A DNA stretch of 64,000 nucleotides from Spirochaetia bacterium (GTDB lineage: Bacteria > Spirochaetota > Spirochaetia > SP-2023). The stretch covers positions 1,024,001-1,088,000 of the forward strand of contig OZ253665.1 in NCBI GenBank assembly GCA_965263295.1, in the 5' to 3' direction. A program made the translations under genes and the position numbers. The notes beneath the pieces were generated by a model that saw only the letters and a program-made list of their open reading frames with translations, searched no databases and had not been told where the DNA came from. This document shows, piece after piece, positions 1 through 10,106 of the stretch (position 1 is the first letter of the stretch; each line of letters starts with the position of its first letter).

Positions 1-1
1 G

Positions 2-451
2 AACTGTCTGGTCAATGCCATGCGCCACACCCCGCCTGCGGGCCGAGTCGAGCTGGCAGGACGCAGGCTCAACTTGGCACAGAAGAATGCACACCATGGT
101 GAAGTTGCTTATTATCGCGCCCATGGGCTGGATATTGGCAAGGATTATGTCCTGTTTTCTGTCATTGACACCGGCTGCGGTATACCCGCCGAAAAGCGAG
201 AATTAGTTTTTGAGCGCTTTTTCCGCGTCAATGACGATCGCAATCAGAAAACGGGTGGTAGCGGTTTGGGACTGGCGATTTCCAAGAGTTTTATTGAATT
301 GCATGGCGGCAAGATTTGGGCGGACGAAAGTGACTTCCCCGGCCGCTCTGCAGGGGAATCTCCAGGGGCAAAGTTTTGCTTTGCCTTGCCGTGTTTTTGC
401 TGTCATGGTGAAGGTGATGAAGCGTCGACGGCAGCAGAAAATGAACCGTAA
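2..451 (+). CDS. Sensor histidine kinase, C-terminal HATPase_c domain (5'-truncated by window edge)
   Basis: Frame is open from position 2. N-box NCLVNAMRHT, G1 DTGCGI, F-box VFERFFR and G2 GGSGLGLAI are present. Confidence 0.9.
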   Translation, partial: NCLVNAMRHTPPAGRVELAGRRLNLAQKNAHHGEVAYYRAHGLDIGKDYVLFSVIDTGCGIPAEKRELVFERFFRVNDDRNQKTGGSGLGLAISKSFIELHGGKIWADESDFPGRSAGESPGAKFCFALPCFCCHGEGDEASTAAENEP

Positions 452-518
452 ATGGATTTTGAGGGCTTAAGAGTTTGCGACGTATAGCCGAAGATGATGC
501 CATAAGTTGCGGTTTTCT

Positions 519-1370
519 ATGAAAATATTGATCACAAATGACGATGGCTATAAGCACCTGGGGCACCTGAGCCTGAAGAAGATGCTCCAGGATCTAAAAC
601 ATGATGTCTGGAGCATCGCGCCACAGGAGAACCAAAGTGGCGTCAGCATGAAATTGAGTTTGGGCAAGAGCCTGGAATTTCGTGAAACTGGCGAACAGTG
701 CTGGTCTTGTTCGGGCACACCGGTAGATTGTGTGCTATTTGCCTTGCATGGTGTTTTGCCATTTCGCCCAGATGCCATAATTGCAGGTATCAATGCCGGC
801 GCTAATTTGAGTGATGATTTGTGGTATTCAGGTACGGCTGCGGCAGCGCGTGAGGCTTGTAAGTGGGGGCTGCCTTCTCTCGCGCTGTCGTACAGTTCTC
901 CCCCTCCCTATCGGGAGGACGATTTTGTCTCCTTTTATCATCTATTGCAAAATCATCTGGGCGATTTGCTGGAGGCCTGTAGTCTAGAAGATGAAACGGC
1001 CACCGAGAGCTCTGCTTCACCAGATTTCTTAGGATTTTTAAATATTAATATTCCTCCACATTGTAATGGTCAAATACGTTTTGCCAGTCGCTTTGAACCG
1101 CGTCCATACCAGAATGTATTGCACAAATTGGAAGACAACCATTACATTCTAGGTGGCAACATCAATGCCCAGCACCACGCTTCGCCGAACGTTGATTCGA
1201 CCATGAATGCCCTTTCTCAGGTCAGTATTAGCTTGGGAGCCTTTCATGCGCTACAACCTTTACCTTCGCCGCTCGCTGCGGAAACAGGAAGTGGGCCCCT
1301 GCGCCTGCGTTCGACGGCTCGGGCCAGCCAGGCCATGAGGCGCATTGCCAATTCTGGCATTCCGGCTTGA
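519..1370 (+). CDS. surE: 5'/3'-nucleotidase SurE
   Basis: MKILITNDDG, QSGVS, GTPVDCV, GINAGANL and YSGTAAAA motifs; ATG at 519. Confidence 0.93.
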   Translation: MKILITNDDGYKHLGHLSLKKMLQDLKHDVWSIAPQENQSGVSMKLSLGKSLEFRETGEQCWSCSGTPVDCVLFALHGVLPFRPDAIIAGINAGANLSDDLWYSGTAAAAREACKWGLPSLALSYSSPPPYREDDFVSFYHLLQNHLGDLLEACSLEDETATESSASPDFLGFLNINIPPHCNGQIRFASRFEPRPYQNVLHKLEDNHYILGGNINAQHHASPNVDSTMNALSQVSISLGAFHALQPLPSPLAAETGSGPLRLRSTARASQAMRRIANSGIPA

Positions 1371-1637
1371 CCCGGCTACGGCCTTTTCGTCGCTGTGTTG
1401 AAGGCTCTGAACTCTTAGGCTTTGCGCAGAGCCTTGATTCTGGCTCCTAAGATAAAGAAGTGCGGCAGCGACGCACCAGGTTGACAAGAAAGCACTTAAA
1501 CTGGTTATTACTTTGCCAAGTAGATAAAAAATGCTAGTCTTAGCCTTTTTATGGGCCTTCGCTTTTAGTCGCCTTCACTTTGGGACTTCTTGTCCGAGGG
1601 AGGAACTAATAAAATAACGCAACCGGAAGGAGATTTT

Positions 1638-3761
1638 ATGGGACTTCGTATGCCAGTCTTGTCAAATCTGAGTATCGCAAAAAATTTTGTCATTAGGTTA
1701 TGTGTAGTCCTTGTTCTGATTGTTGGGAGCTACTTTGTCGTAAAACAAATATTGCCCGCCCAGATATCTAATGGCGATCGGGGCAAAGCTGAATATAATA
1801 CTATTCAAGCTAGGGAAAGCTTTCGCTTAGGGGTGAATGCGTTTAATCACGGATTTTACAATCGTTCCATTATGGCTTTAGAGCATTCGTTAGCTTTGCG
1901 GCCGGAAAATCCAGATGCCGTATTCTGGCTCGGACGCAGTTACTATGCCAGCGGTTATGTGCGTTTAGGTTTGGAACAATGGAAAACTCTGATTGACCAG
2001 AACCAGGCAACAGCGAGTCTGAAAAGTTTTTATAATACGCTTGATTATCGTTACCGTCAGGTTTCAAAATTGAGGGACCCTGATAAATACTCTCTTTTTA
2101 TGAGCTTGCATTCAAACAAGCGCGGGGTCAAACGCAGCGTATATTTCGTCGGACCGACATCTGTGTGGACGGCCTTGGACCGCGATGAGATTTATATTGT
2201 CGATTATACTGATGATAAAGTCATTGCATTAGATTCTAGCGGTAATACAAAATTTATATCTCGCGGTTCTCTCAGCCAAGCCTACGATCACCCCTTTGAT
2301 ATCTTGCTGCGCCCCAAAGGAGAGGGCTTCATACTTAGCCAAGAGGGCAGCAATTCCCTGTTGTTTTGTGATGAAAAAGGCCGTCCCTATAAAGAGGTCG
2401 GAGGAAAGGGAAATGCACCAGGCAAATTCTTAGGACCCCAGCACATGGTAGATTCTGGTGACGGTTATTTTTATGTTACAGACTGGGGCAATCGACGTAT
2501 TGCCAAGTTAGATTATAATGGTAATTTTATTTTTACCTTTGGTGCCAGTCAGGGGCGGTTTGCTGGCCTGCAGGGGCCGACAGGCATGGTTATACGTGAA
2601 AATAAACTGTACGTCGCCGATACTTTGCAACGCAAGATTTTTGTCTTTAGCCAGGAAGGCCAATACCTGGAGACTTTTATTGATTCAGGTTTGACAGCTC
2701 CAGAATCTTTACTGGTAACGCGGGAGGGGAATCTTTTGATTGCTGACGTCAATGAGATTAAGTCGTATGATTTTAATACAAGTCGTTTGAAAACTATTTA
2801 TACGGGAGATCAAAACCACAAATACATTGACCTAAATTATGATCGTAACCAGAACATAGTCATAGTTGATTTTAATAATGAAGAAATTAGCTTTATTACT
2901 CCGATTAATAAATTGTATACAGATCTATTCGTCCAGATTGACAGGATTTTAACTTCTGAATACCCTTCAATTAGTATTGATCTGCTCTTAGAGGATCGAG
3001 AAGGAATTCCTATTGTTGGCCTAAATAAAGAGAATTTTCAAGTTATTGAAAGTAATAAAAGCCATAACGCAGATTTAGTATATACGAGTGTCGAGGATCC
3101 AACGGTTGCGTTAGCTATTATCCTGGGTAGTAAAATTGCCCCTTATGAGGATGCCATACGGCAGTTAGTCTCTGCTATAAGCGGCTCAAAGCAACTGGAA
3201 GACAGTTTTATGCTGATACAAGGAGGCAAAGATCCTCGCATCCTGACAAATTCTACTGATGCCTTAAATGACAGGCTAGATAACTACGAGGCATTTGATG
3301 GTATTGATTCTGCCGAGGCAAATTTTGATATTTCGCTGCGCTTTGCCATAGACAGCTTAGTCAAGCAACGGAAAAAGCGGGTAATAGTTTTTGTCTCTGG
3401 CGATGCCGACCAGATTGCCGCCGAGGTATATAATATTTCGGATCTGCAAAGTTATTTAAAATTGCAAAATGCCAATATGTATGGAGTTCTTTCGAAAAGT
3501 AATAAAATAATTTCTTACCTGGTTGAAAATACTAATGGTCAGTTTTATACCGACGCGAATGTACGCAGTTTTGCAAAAGATTTACAGCTAAATCGCGACG
3601 AGCTGGCCGGTTACTATACTCTGAACTTTACTTCTACAGCTTATACCGACTTGGCCCGGCGCTATATTCCTGTAGAGGTCTTGGTGCGTTATGTCCGTCG
3701 TAGCGGCAAGGATGAATTGGGTTACTTTGCTCCGCTCTCTTCGCTAAATGCGAATCCTTAG
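1638..3761 (+). CDS. Membrane-anchored TPR + NHL beta-propeller + VWA-like protein
   Basis: N-terminal TM segment, TPR-like helices (ALRPENPDAVFWLGRSYY), NHL repeats (FLGPQHM..YVTDWGNRRI, GPTGM..LYVADT) and a VWA-like C-terminal region; AGGAG RBS before ATG 1638. Confidence 0.75.
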   Translation: MGLRMPVLSNLSIAKNFVIRLCVVLVLIVGSYFVVKQILPAQISNGDRGKAEYNTIQARESFRLGVNAFNHGFYNRSIMALEHSLALRPENPDAVFWLGRSYYASGYVRLGLEQWKTLIDQNQATASLKSFYNTLDYRYRQVSKLRDPDKYSLFMSLHSNKRGVKRSVYFVGPTSVWTALDRDEIYIVDYTDDKVIALDSSGNTKFISRGSLSQAYDHPFDILLRPKGEGFILSQEGSNSLLFCDEKGRPYKEVGGKGNAPGKFLGPQHMVDSGDGYFYVTDWGNRRIAKLDYNGNFIFTFGASQGRFAGLQGPTGMVIRENKLYVADTLQRKIFVFSQEGQYLETFIDSGLTAPESLLVTREGNLLIADVNEIKSYDFNTSRLKTIYTGDQNHKYIDLNYDRNQNIVIVDFNNEEISFITPINKLYTDLFVQIDRILTSEYPSISIDLLLEDREGIPIVGLNKENFQVIESNKSHNADLVYTSVEDPTVALAIILGSKIAPYEDAIRQLVSAISGSKQLEDSFMLIQGGKDPRILTNSTDALNDRLDNYEAFDGIDSAEANFDISLRFAIDSLVKQRKKRVIVFVSGDADQIAAEVYNISDLQSYLKLQNANMYGVLSKSNKIISYLVENTNGQFYTDANVRSFAKDLQLNRDELAGYYTLNFTSTAYTDLARRYIPVEVLVRYVRRSGKDELGYFAPLSSLNANP

Positions 3762-5232
3762 GTACTTGCTAAGCACCTGCATTTGTGTCGGGTGGATTTG
3801 CGGCGGGCTCTCTGCCAAGCAAGTCAATAATTATCAATGGCGATATGCGGTAAATGTATTGGCCAACTGGCTGCCTGAGAAAGGAGATGACAGTGCCAGG
3901 CTGCAAGTTTTTAGGAGCCCGGACCACAGACTGAGTTTGGAAGTGAAAGCCTGGGAGCGCCGAGAACTTGCCAGTTTGGCGGCGATGTATACTGAGCATC
4001 TGCAAGCCTTACATGGCACGGGAGTTGTGAGTCGCTATCGGCACATGGGTTATGATGTATTGCTGGCCCGTATTGATTACTATTCTGACGAGCTTCGTGA
4101 ACAAAGTGAAGCTGTTCTTGATCCCAGCCAGCCAGCCAGCCAGGGCTTGGAGTTGCAAGGTCGCCTGGAAATGGCTCCGAGACAAGACTCAGGGCAAAAA
4201 AAATCGGAGAAGAAACAAAAAATTACAAACAATGCCGTGGCTTTCGTGGTCTATTTTTACGGTGCACAATATGCCTATCGTGTGGCCAGTATTGGCATGC
4301 GCAACGCTTCTATGTTGGAGCGCGACATCCAATATTCAGTACTGGACTCGTTTGGTTTTGAGGGTCACAACCATTGGCACTGGGGGCCGGTATCGAGCTT
4401 CTTTGTATATCAGAAGAAGCATCAACAAGAGTTTGCTCCTGCGCACGCCTCTGTCCATGATATCCCAAAAGGATTGAAGGCCGATGTAGCTGCGCCACAG
4501 TCGGAAGTATTGTTTGTTGACTGGCGGTTTGGCGACTATAATTTCCACGCCCTTCAAAGGCCGCAGGCGGAACAAGTGGCCGAAGATGTATTGCAACGTG
4601 AAAAACGAATTCTTCAAGCTACGGCTCCAAAGCTCTATCCCTATGCGCTGGAACGTTTTTATTACATGAACTTCCGCCAAAATTATTCCCTGCTGAAAGA
4701 TCTGGCTGTTTTTTTGCACAAAAAATATCAGGAACAGGGGGGAGCTGTCGCTACAGGCCGGGCAGCCTTGCCTGTGTATGAATATTTGCTTTACGATTTA
4801 CAGTCAATGCTGCTGAGCGGTGAGCGCAGTACCGAAGCCTCGCCGAAAGTTGATCTGGAGCTACCCAGCAGGGCCCTGAGTCGTGGAAGCGGCAATATTG
4901 AAACTCTCGCTTTGATTAATTCTATAATCAACTCGCATTTTCAACACAATACTTTGATTATATACTCGCCTAAATATTCGCAATTATTGGTTGGCGTTGA
5001 GCAGTTGAGTGTGGATGAGCAAAAATTAGCAGAAAAATACAGCGCTGAACAGAACCTTAATAATTTCGAGAAGTACAATGGGATTGAGATCAGCTGGTAC
5101 CAAAATCGTTACCTCATTGGCGAATTGGCAGCGCGAATTTACATTGGTTGGGCACGCACACCGTGGCGCGACTTACAGAGTTGGATACCACTGTCATTTT
5201 CACGTTATATCGTTCCCGATTTCTTTCCTTGA
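3748..5232 (+). CDS. Hypothetical exported protein
   Basis: 494-aa ORF overlapping the upstream stop; N-terminal signal-peptide-like segment. Confidence 0.65.
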   Translation: MRILRYLLSTCICVGWICGGLSAKQVNNYQWRYAVNVLANWLPEKGDDSARLQVFRSPDHRLSLEVKAWERRELASLAAMYTEHLQALHGTGVVSRYRHMGYDVLLARIDYYSDELREQSEAVLDPSQPASQGLELQGRLEMAPRQDSGQKKSEKKQKITNNAVAFVVYFYGAQYAYRVASIGMRNASMLERDIQYSVLDSFGFEGHNHWHWGPVSSFFVYQKKHQQEFAPAHASVHDIPKGLKADVAAPQSEVLFVDWRFGDYNFHALQRPQAEQVAEDVLQREKRILQATAPKLYPYALERFYYMNFRQNYSLLKDLAVFLHKKYQEQGGAVATGRAALPVYEYLLYDLQSMLLSGERSTEASPKVDLELPSRALSRGSGNIETLALINSIINSHFQHNTLIIYSPKYSQLLVGVEQLSVDEQKLAEKYSAEQNLNNFEKYNGIEISWYQNRYLIGELAARIYIGWARTPWRDLQSWIPLSFSRYIVPDFFP

Positions 5233-5240
5233 CGTAGAAA

Positions 5241-5915
5241 ATGTGTGTTGTTTGTGAGCCGCAGAATGAGCATGCCCGCCACGGGCATAAGCTTCTTTTA
5301 CAAAGTGCCGCATACTTTGGTGCCGATCTGAGGGAGGCCGCACTGGGTATAGATGCCGTCCGGTTCCACGAGTTACGGCCGTCACCCATTCTCTTGGCCT
5401 TGCCGCTGGGCCTTTTATTGGCTTTGAAACAGCAACAGCAGTTGTCGTTGATTGAGCGCCTGTTTGCCGATAGACAGGGTTTCTTGTCTTGGTATGAACA
5501 TTCTTTTGTGGCAGATTCGGGTGCCTGCCTGGTCTGGGAGGCGGGTCTTGGTCTGCAGTCGTCGGAGCGCTTTAGCCACAGCGGCAAGGAGCAGTTGCGC
5601 TTTCGCGTACGAGGCTTTCGTTGCACCGCGATAGAGTTCTTGTTGTCTTTGGCCTTTGCTCCGTTATCCTGGCTCTGTCAAGTGGATTCTTCTGTCGACT
5701 CAATGAAGCCGGAGGCGGCCAATATTACGGATAAGGCTACGGCTGCGGCAGGACAGGTTTTGGGTGTGGAGCGGGAGCCCCAATGGGCAGAAGTTCTGTC
5801 TCTGTTAGATTTCACAATCTTTGAAGTGTATGGCGAGGAGTATTATATTGAAGAGTTCTTGCGCCGTGACTATCGTCAACGACTGTGCGATCTGTGGCAA
5901 AAATACTGGAGGTAA
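5241..5915 (+). CDS. Hypothetical protein
   Basis: 224-aa ORF starting 8 nt after the previous gene on the same strand; no motif recognised. Confidence 0.5.
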   Translation: MCVVCEPQNEHARHGHKLLLQSAAYFGADLREAALGIDAVRFHELRPSPILLALPLGLLLALKQQQQLSLIERLFADRQGFLSWYEHSFVADSGACLVWEAGLGLQSSERFSHSGKEQLRFRVRGFRCTAIEFLLSLAFAPLSWLCQVDSSVDSMKPEAANITDKATAAAGQVLGVEREPQWAEVLSLLDFTIFEVYGEEYYIEEFLRRDYRQRLCDLWQKYWR

Positions 5916-6025
5916 CGATTACAGCTTGATATGTTCCTTTATATTGTCCGTGGATCTATAATGGATTTATAGTGGATTTGCATTGAATTACAAGAGTTCA
6001 CTCACTTGTTGTCATTGAGTCGAGG

Positions 6026-7051
6026 CTAGAATGCCGTCATTTCCTGGGCGAATAAGTCTGCGGGGTAATTACCAGAATGGATGAGCTTTTGGATCTTGGC
6101 CCGCACAGCAGGCAAGTCTTCAATGTAGGTCAGGCCGAACCAGGGGTCGGGAGAGTGGAGCATGGCGACGCTAGCTTGCTGCCTCTCCAGCATGGTCTCC
6201 ACGGCTGCGGGCAAATAAAATTCTTTTTTTAAGGCCTGCTGCAGATTCTGCAGCTGGACCATGTGCCTCAAACCCCGGAGAAAACCTTTAAACTGTCGTT
6301 CTAAGTAGGGAAATATTTCCGGCTGTAGGCCAAACAGATTCATCGAAACTGGCGTATTTTCGGCGAGAATAATATCATTTTCGCTTTCGCTTTGAATTGA
6401 ACGAATGCCATGACTGGCATCGCGGATCAATTGGGTGTGTTCCTGAATATTATCCAGCCAGTTTCGCCCCCGTGCATCGCGGTAAGAATGGCAGATACCA
6501 CGGGAAACGGCCCCATTTTCAGAGAGGGTGCGGCCGAGTTGAAAGCCGACCATAGCGAGCGGCAGCGGCGAGGATGAACGAGGCCGTAGATCTGGACTCA
6601 TCGCAGCTTGACGCAAATAAAAAAAGATCTCTTTTAGGCCGTGGTAGCCGTAAAAGTCGTCGGCATTAGCCACGGCAAAGGGCCCGTCTACTTGTTTTGC
6701 GGCACACAACAGGGCATGGGCTGTCCCCCATGGCTTTACGCGTTGGGCCACATATGATGCGGCGAATAGGTCGCTTGGGATATAGGCATCGCTTTGCTGG
6801 AGGCTGTAACGCAACTCAATTTTGTTTCTCCAGTGTTGCCCAACCTCCCGTTCAAACTGGTCGACAATCTCATCGCGGAGGATGACCGTAATCCAAGAAT
6901 AGCCGATACGCCAGGCGTCATAGATCGTGTAGTCCATGATAATCGCATTTTCGGGGCCAATAATACTGAGTTGTTTATTGCCGCCGAAGCGGGTGCCAAA
7001 GCCGGCTGCCAAGAGCACCAGGCCAATATTCAAGTCATTTTCTCGTCGCAT
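6026..7051 (-). CDS. Sugar-phosphate nucleotidyltransferase (NTP_transferase family)
   Basis: LLAAGFGTRFGGNKQ, KPWGTAHA and NADDFYG motifs. Confidence 0.85.
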   Translation of the reverse strand: MRRENDLNIGLVLLAAGFGTRFGGNKQLSIIGPENAIIMDYTIYDAWRIGYSWITVILRDEIVDQFEREVGQHWRNKIELRYSLQQSDAYIPSDLFAASYVAQRVKPWGTAHALLCAAKQVDGPFAVANADDFYGYHGLKEIFFYLRQAAMSPDLRPRSSSPLPLAMVGFQLGRTLSENGAVSRGICHSYRDARGRNWLDNIQEHTQLIRDASHGIRSIQSESENDIILAENTPVSMNLFGLQPEIFPYLERQFKGFLRGLRHMVQLQNLQQALKKEFYLPAAVETMLERQQASVAMLHSPDPWFGLTYIEDLPAVRAKIQKLIHSGNYPADLFAQEMTAF

Positions 7052-7129
7052 AAGTTCCCCTACCCGTTAAAATACCCGTTAAAAAATCTTCATGTTGTAA
7101 TCAGCTGCTTGGCAATGCATTTCCCGCCG

Positions 7130-9796
7130 CTAGGATCCCAAGGTCTTGGATACAATTTCACAGAGCCGCTCTGAAATCCCTGGATTTTCCAAGATTCGTT
7201 TCAGGGCATTGCCCATGGCCATGGTCTGCTGGGTTTGAGTATCCAGCCGCTTATAGGCGACAAAACATTTTGCCAAATCTGCAGCCATAATGCTGTTAAA
7301 ACGATCAATTTGCAAGATCCGCTGAGCTAGAAAATCATAGGCCGGCCAATTGGAGTCGGGGCCAGGGTTGTGGAAAGCCGAGAGGTTGTGGCCCAAGACA
7401 GAATATAAAGAGCGCAGCATATTGGGATTATCGTTTTGGAATAAAGGATGTCGTTCCAGTTGTCGCACCTGTTCGAGCGTGCTGGCTGCCGTAGTGGTTT
7501 CAGGCACCCTCGCTTGCAGGGCGAACCAGCGGCAGACGACCGGAAAATTATCTTGCCAACGCGCACAAAAATGCTGTAAGGCGCTTGAACTGTGTTGCGT
7601 GGGCCAGCAGGCTAAAGCTTGTAGGGCGGCGTAGGAATCCGTCATATTGGTGGCCGCCTGATATTGCCGGTAGGCCAAATGCGGGTATTTTGCGGTAGCT
7701 TCAAGGTGGCAAAGGTAGTGCAAAAGGGTATTGCGCAGGGCCCGTCGCCCGACAGCCAACTCGCTGCGCTCGTAGTGTTCTTGATGTAAGGCATGGTAGC
7801 AGTCAAGCATCTCGTCTTCAAGTTGGCGGGCAAACTCACGGCAGTAGGCGGTGCGCAACTGTTGCAAGACTAAAAATTGTGCTTCGGTCTGCCTGGCGGC
7901 CAGTGTCTCTAGGCTGGGGGCCTGCAGCAGTTGCGCCAAATAGCGCGGGCTCAAGCTGTCGTCACTCGCTTGGCCTTGGCCGGCCTGCTGCAGCCAATTG
8001 CGAATTTGCGCCACGTATTTTGGATCCAGTGCGACATCTTGAGCCGGCCGCAGGCCCAGGACTAGATTTTGCAAATATCTCTGCATGGCTTCATAACGAT
8101 TCAAGGCGTCTTGGTCGCTGGATATCAGGCGCAGTAGCTCGGCATCGCTATAGTCGTAATGGACTTCCAATGGGCTGATGTGATCGAGCAGCAAGGAAGG
8201 GACGGGTTTGCTTGAGGTCCTGAGCGGGTAGTGCAGCCGCGTTTCGCGCTCTGAGATGAGTATTTGGTCTTCCCACAGCTTTTGGCCGCTGGCGGCATCG
8301 TAAAGGGCCAACGGCAGCGGAAAGGCCAGCGGAGGGAAGTCCCCCGCCATTTTCTTGGAACCGACTACCGCGGCATTCGGGTTCTCCTGCTTTAGATGCA
8401 TGACGAAGTTGGCGCCGTCCCATTCGGAGCGGACATATAATTGGGGTGTTCCGGCCTGTTCGTACCAGCGTCGCAGGAGGCTTAGATCTTTGCCGCCGCC
8501 ATCTTGAATCGCGTCGACAAAGTCGTCACAGCTGACGGCCTGGCCGTCAAAGCGCTCAAAATAGCAGTCCATGCCCCTGCGGAAACCGTCCTGACCGAGG
8601 TGGAAAGCCATCATCCGTATGACGGCGGCTCCTTTTTCGTAGACTGTCTGGGTGTAGAAATTATCGACATCGACAAAAGAGTCCGGACGAATGGGGTGGC
8701 GGTTGGGGCCGGCGTCTTCGGGATATTGATTGTTGCGCAGATTGTCGACTTGCTTGACGCGGTAGACCTCGCGGCCAAATTGGGTTTCGCTGAACAGTTC
8801 GTCGCGGTAGACCGTCAGCCCTTCTTTCAAGGTTAGCTGGAACCAGTCGCGGCAGGTAATGCGGTTGCCCGTCCAGTTGTGGAAATATTCATGGGCAATT
8901 ACTGTGGCGATGCGTTCATACGTCTCGTCTGTAGCCGTCGTTTCACTGGCAAATATCAGGCTGGAATTGAAAATATTCAATCCTTTGTTCTCCATGGCAC
9001 CCAAGTTGAAAGAATCCACGGCCACGATCATATATAGATTCAGGTCGTATTCGCGGCCAAAGTGCTGCTCGTCCCATCGCATCGCCAGCTTCAAACTTTC
9101 CATGGCGTGCCGGGCCTGCGCCGTTTTGCCCTGATCCGTATAAATTTCCAGGGCAACCCGGCGGCCGCTGCAAGTGGTAAAACTGTCGCTGAGCAAGTCG
9201 AGGTCGCCGGCAACCAGGGCGTAAAGATAGGCCGGTTTTGCAAAAGGATCTTCCCAGCGCACATAGTGACGGCCTTGCGGCAAATCTTTATGATCCATTA
9301 GATTGCCATTGGATAACAGGCGTGGATACCGCACTTTGTCGGCGGTGATCTCTGTCACAAAGCGACTCATTACGTCTGGGCGATCGGGGTAAAATGTAAT
9401 GTGATGAAAACCCCTGGCTTCATTTTGGGTACAAAGGATCGGGCCCGAACGATACAGTCCTTCCAGCGATTTATTATTGTACGGATCAATTTTAACCTCG
9501 GCGGCAAAGATAAAGCTTTGTTTCCCCGCTGTGTCGAGTAATTCTAACTTGTGGCCGGTGTATTTGTAGTCACAAGTTTCAGTCAAAACTTTGCCGTCCA
9601 GTTTCAAGCTGATGATTTCCAGGCCCGCGCCATCCAGTACACAGTTTTGCGCTTGTCCTTGGTATTGAGAGTTCTGGAGGAACTTCAGCGTGCTGCGCAC
9701 CACGACATATTGGGCCAAAATATCGAAAGCCAGCTGGCAGTGCTCCACTGCAAATGGGAAGGGTTGATAATCTGTGCGGTATTTTAGCTGGGCCAT
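7130..9796 (-). CDS. pepN: Aminopeptidase N (M1 family)
   Basis: GAMENKGLN and HEYFH-x18-E (LTLKEG) motifs. ATG at 9796 has a GGAGG RBS; the ORF-track extension to 9919 is translated tandem repeat. Confidence 0.95.
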   Translation of the reverse strand: MAQLKYRTDYQPFPFAVEHCQLAFDILAQYVVVRSTLKFLQNSQYQGQAQNCVLDGAGLEIISLKLDGKVLTETCDYKYTGHKLELLDTAGKQSFIFAAEVKIDPYNNKSLEGLYRSGPILCTQNEARGFHHITFYPDRPDVMSRFVTEITADKVRYPRLLSNGNLMDHKDLPQGRHYVRWEDPFAKPAYLYALVAGDLDLLSDSFTTCSGRRVALEIYTDQGKTAQARHAMESLKLAMRWDEQHFGREYDLNLYMIVAVDSFNLGAMENKGLNIFNSSLIFASETTATDETYERIATVIAHEYFHNWTGNRITCRDWFQLTLKEGLTVYRDELFSETQFGREVYRVKQVDNLRNNQYPEDAGPNRHPIRPDSFVDVDNFYTQTVYEKGAAVIRMMAFHLGQDGFRRGMDCYFERFDGQAVSCDDFVDAIQDGGGKDLSLLRRWYEQAGTPQLYVRSEWDGANFVMHLKQENPNAAVVGSKKMAGDFPPLAFPLPLALYDAASGQKLWEDQILISERETRLHYPLRTSSKPVPSLLLDHISPLEVHYDYSDAELLRLISSDQDALNRYEAMQRYLQNLVLGLRPAQDVALDPKYVAQIRNWLQQAGQGQASDDSLSPRYLAQLLQAPSLETLAARQTEAQFLVLQQLRTAYCREFARQLEDEMLDCYHALHQEHYERSELAVGRRALRNTLLHYLCHLEATAKYPHLAYRQYQAATNMTDSYAALQALACWPTQHSSSALQHFCARWQDNFPVVCRWFALQARVPETTTAASTLEQVRQLERHPLFQNDNPNMLRSLYSVLGHNLSAFHNPGPDSNWPAYDFLAQRILQIDRFNSIMAADLAKCFVAYKRLDTQTQQTMAMGNALKRILENPGISERLCEIVSKTLGS

Positions 9797-9836
9797 TGGC
9801 GCCTCCTGTCTCGTTCTGCTGCAAGAGTATACTGGC

Positions 9837-9935
9837 GCCAATGAAGAATGCCAATGAAGAATGCCAATGAAGAATGCCAATGAAGAATGCCAATGAAGAA
9901 TGCCAATGAAGAATGCCAATTGAAGAATGCCAATG
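9837..9935. repeat. 13-bp tandem repeat (GCCAATGAAGAAT), about 7.5 copies
   Basis: Six perfect units, one unit with an extra T and one partial unit, read directly from the sequence. Confidence 0.95.
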
Positions 9936-9970
9936 GCATGACTTTGTGGCCGGCTATTTCAAAAGTTGTG

Positions 9971-10040
9971 TTTTCCAAATCGTCTTTTCTAAGTCGTCTT
10001 TTCTAAGTCGTCTTTTCTAAGTCGTCTTTTCCAAATCGTT
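9971..10040. repeat. 14-bp tandem repeat (TTTTCTAAGTCGTC), 5 copies
   Basis: Three identical central units flanked by two TTTTCCAAATCGTY variants. Confidence 0.93.
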
Positions 10041-10044
10041 TTGA

Positions 10045-10072
10045 TTGGCAAACGGCGGGCATTTTGTATAAT
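10045..10072 (+). promoter_or_regulatory. Putative sigma70 promoter of metA
   Basis: TTGGCA-16 bp-TATAAT, ending 34 nt upstream of ATG 10107. Confidence 0.55.
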
Positions 10073-10106
10073 AAATCGCCATCCAGAGCTACAGGAATTT
10101 CTGAAC

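Noticed and set aside
9797..9978. ORF-track N-terminal extension of pepN and short ORFs reading MAFFIGILHWHSSL...
   Set aside because: These are translations of the 13-bp tandem repeat; the pepN ATG at 9796 has its own RBS.
9837..10040. Tandem arrays as a CRISPR array
   Set aside because: Units are 13-14 bp, head-to-tail with no spacers, and there are no cas genes.
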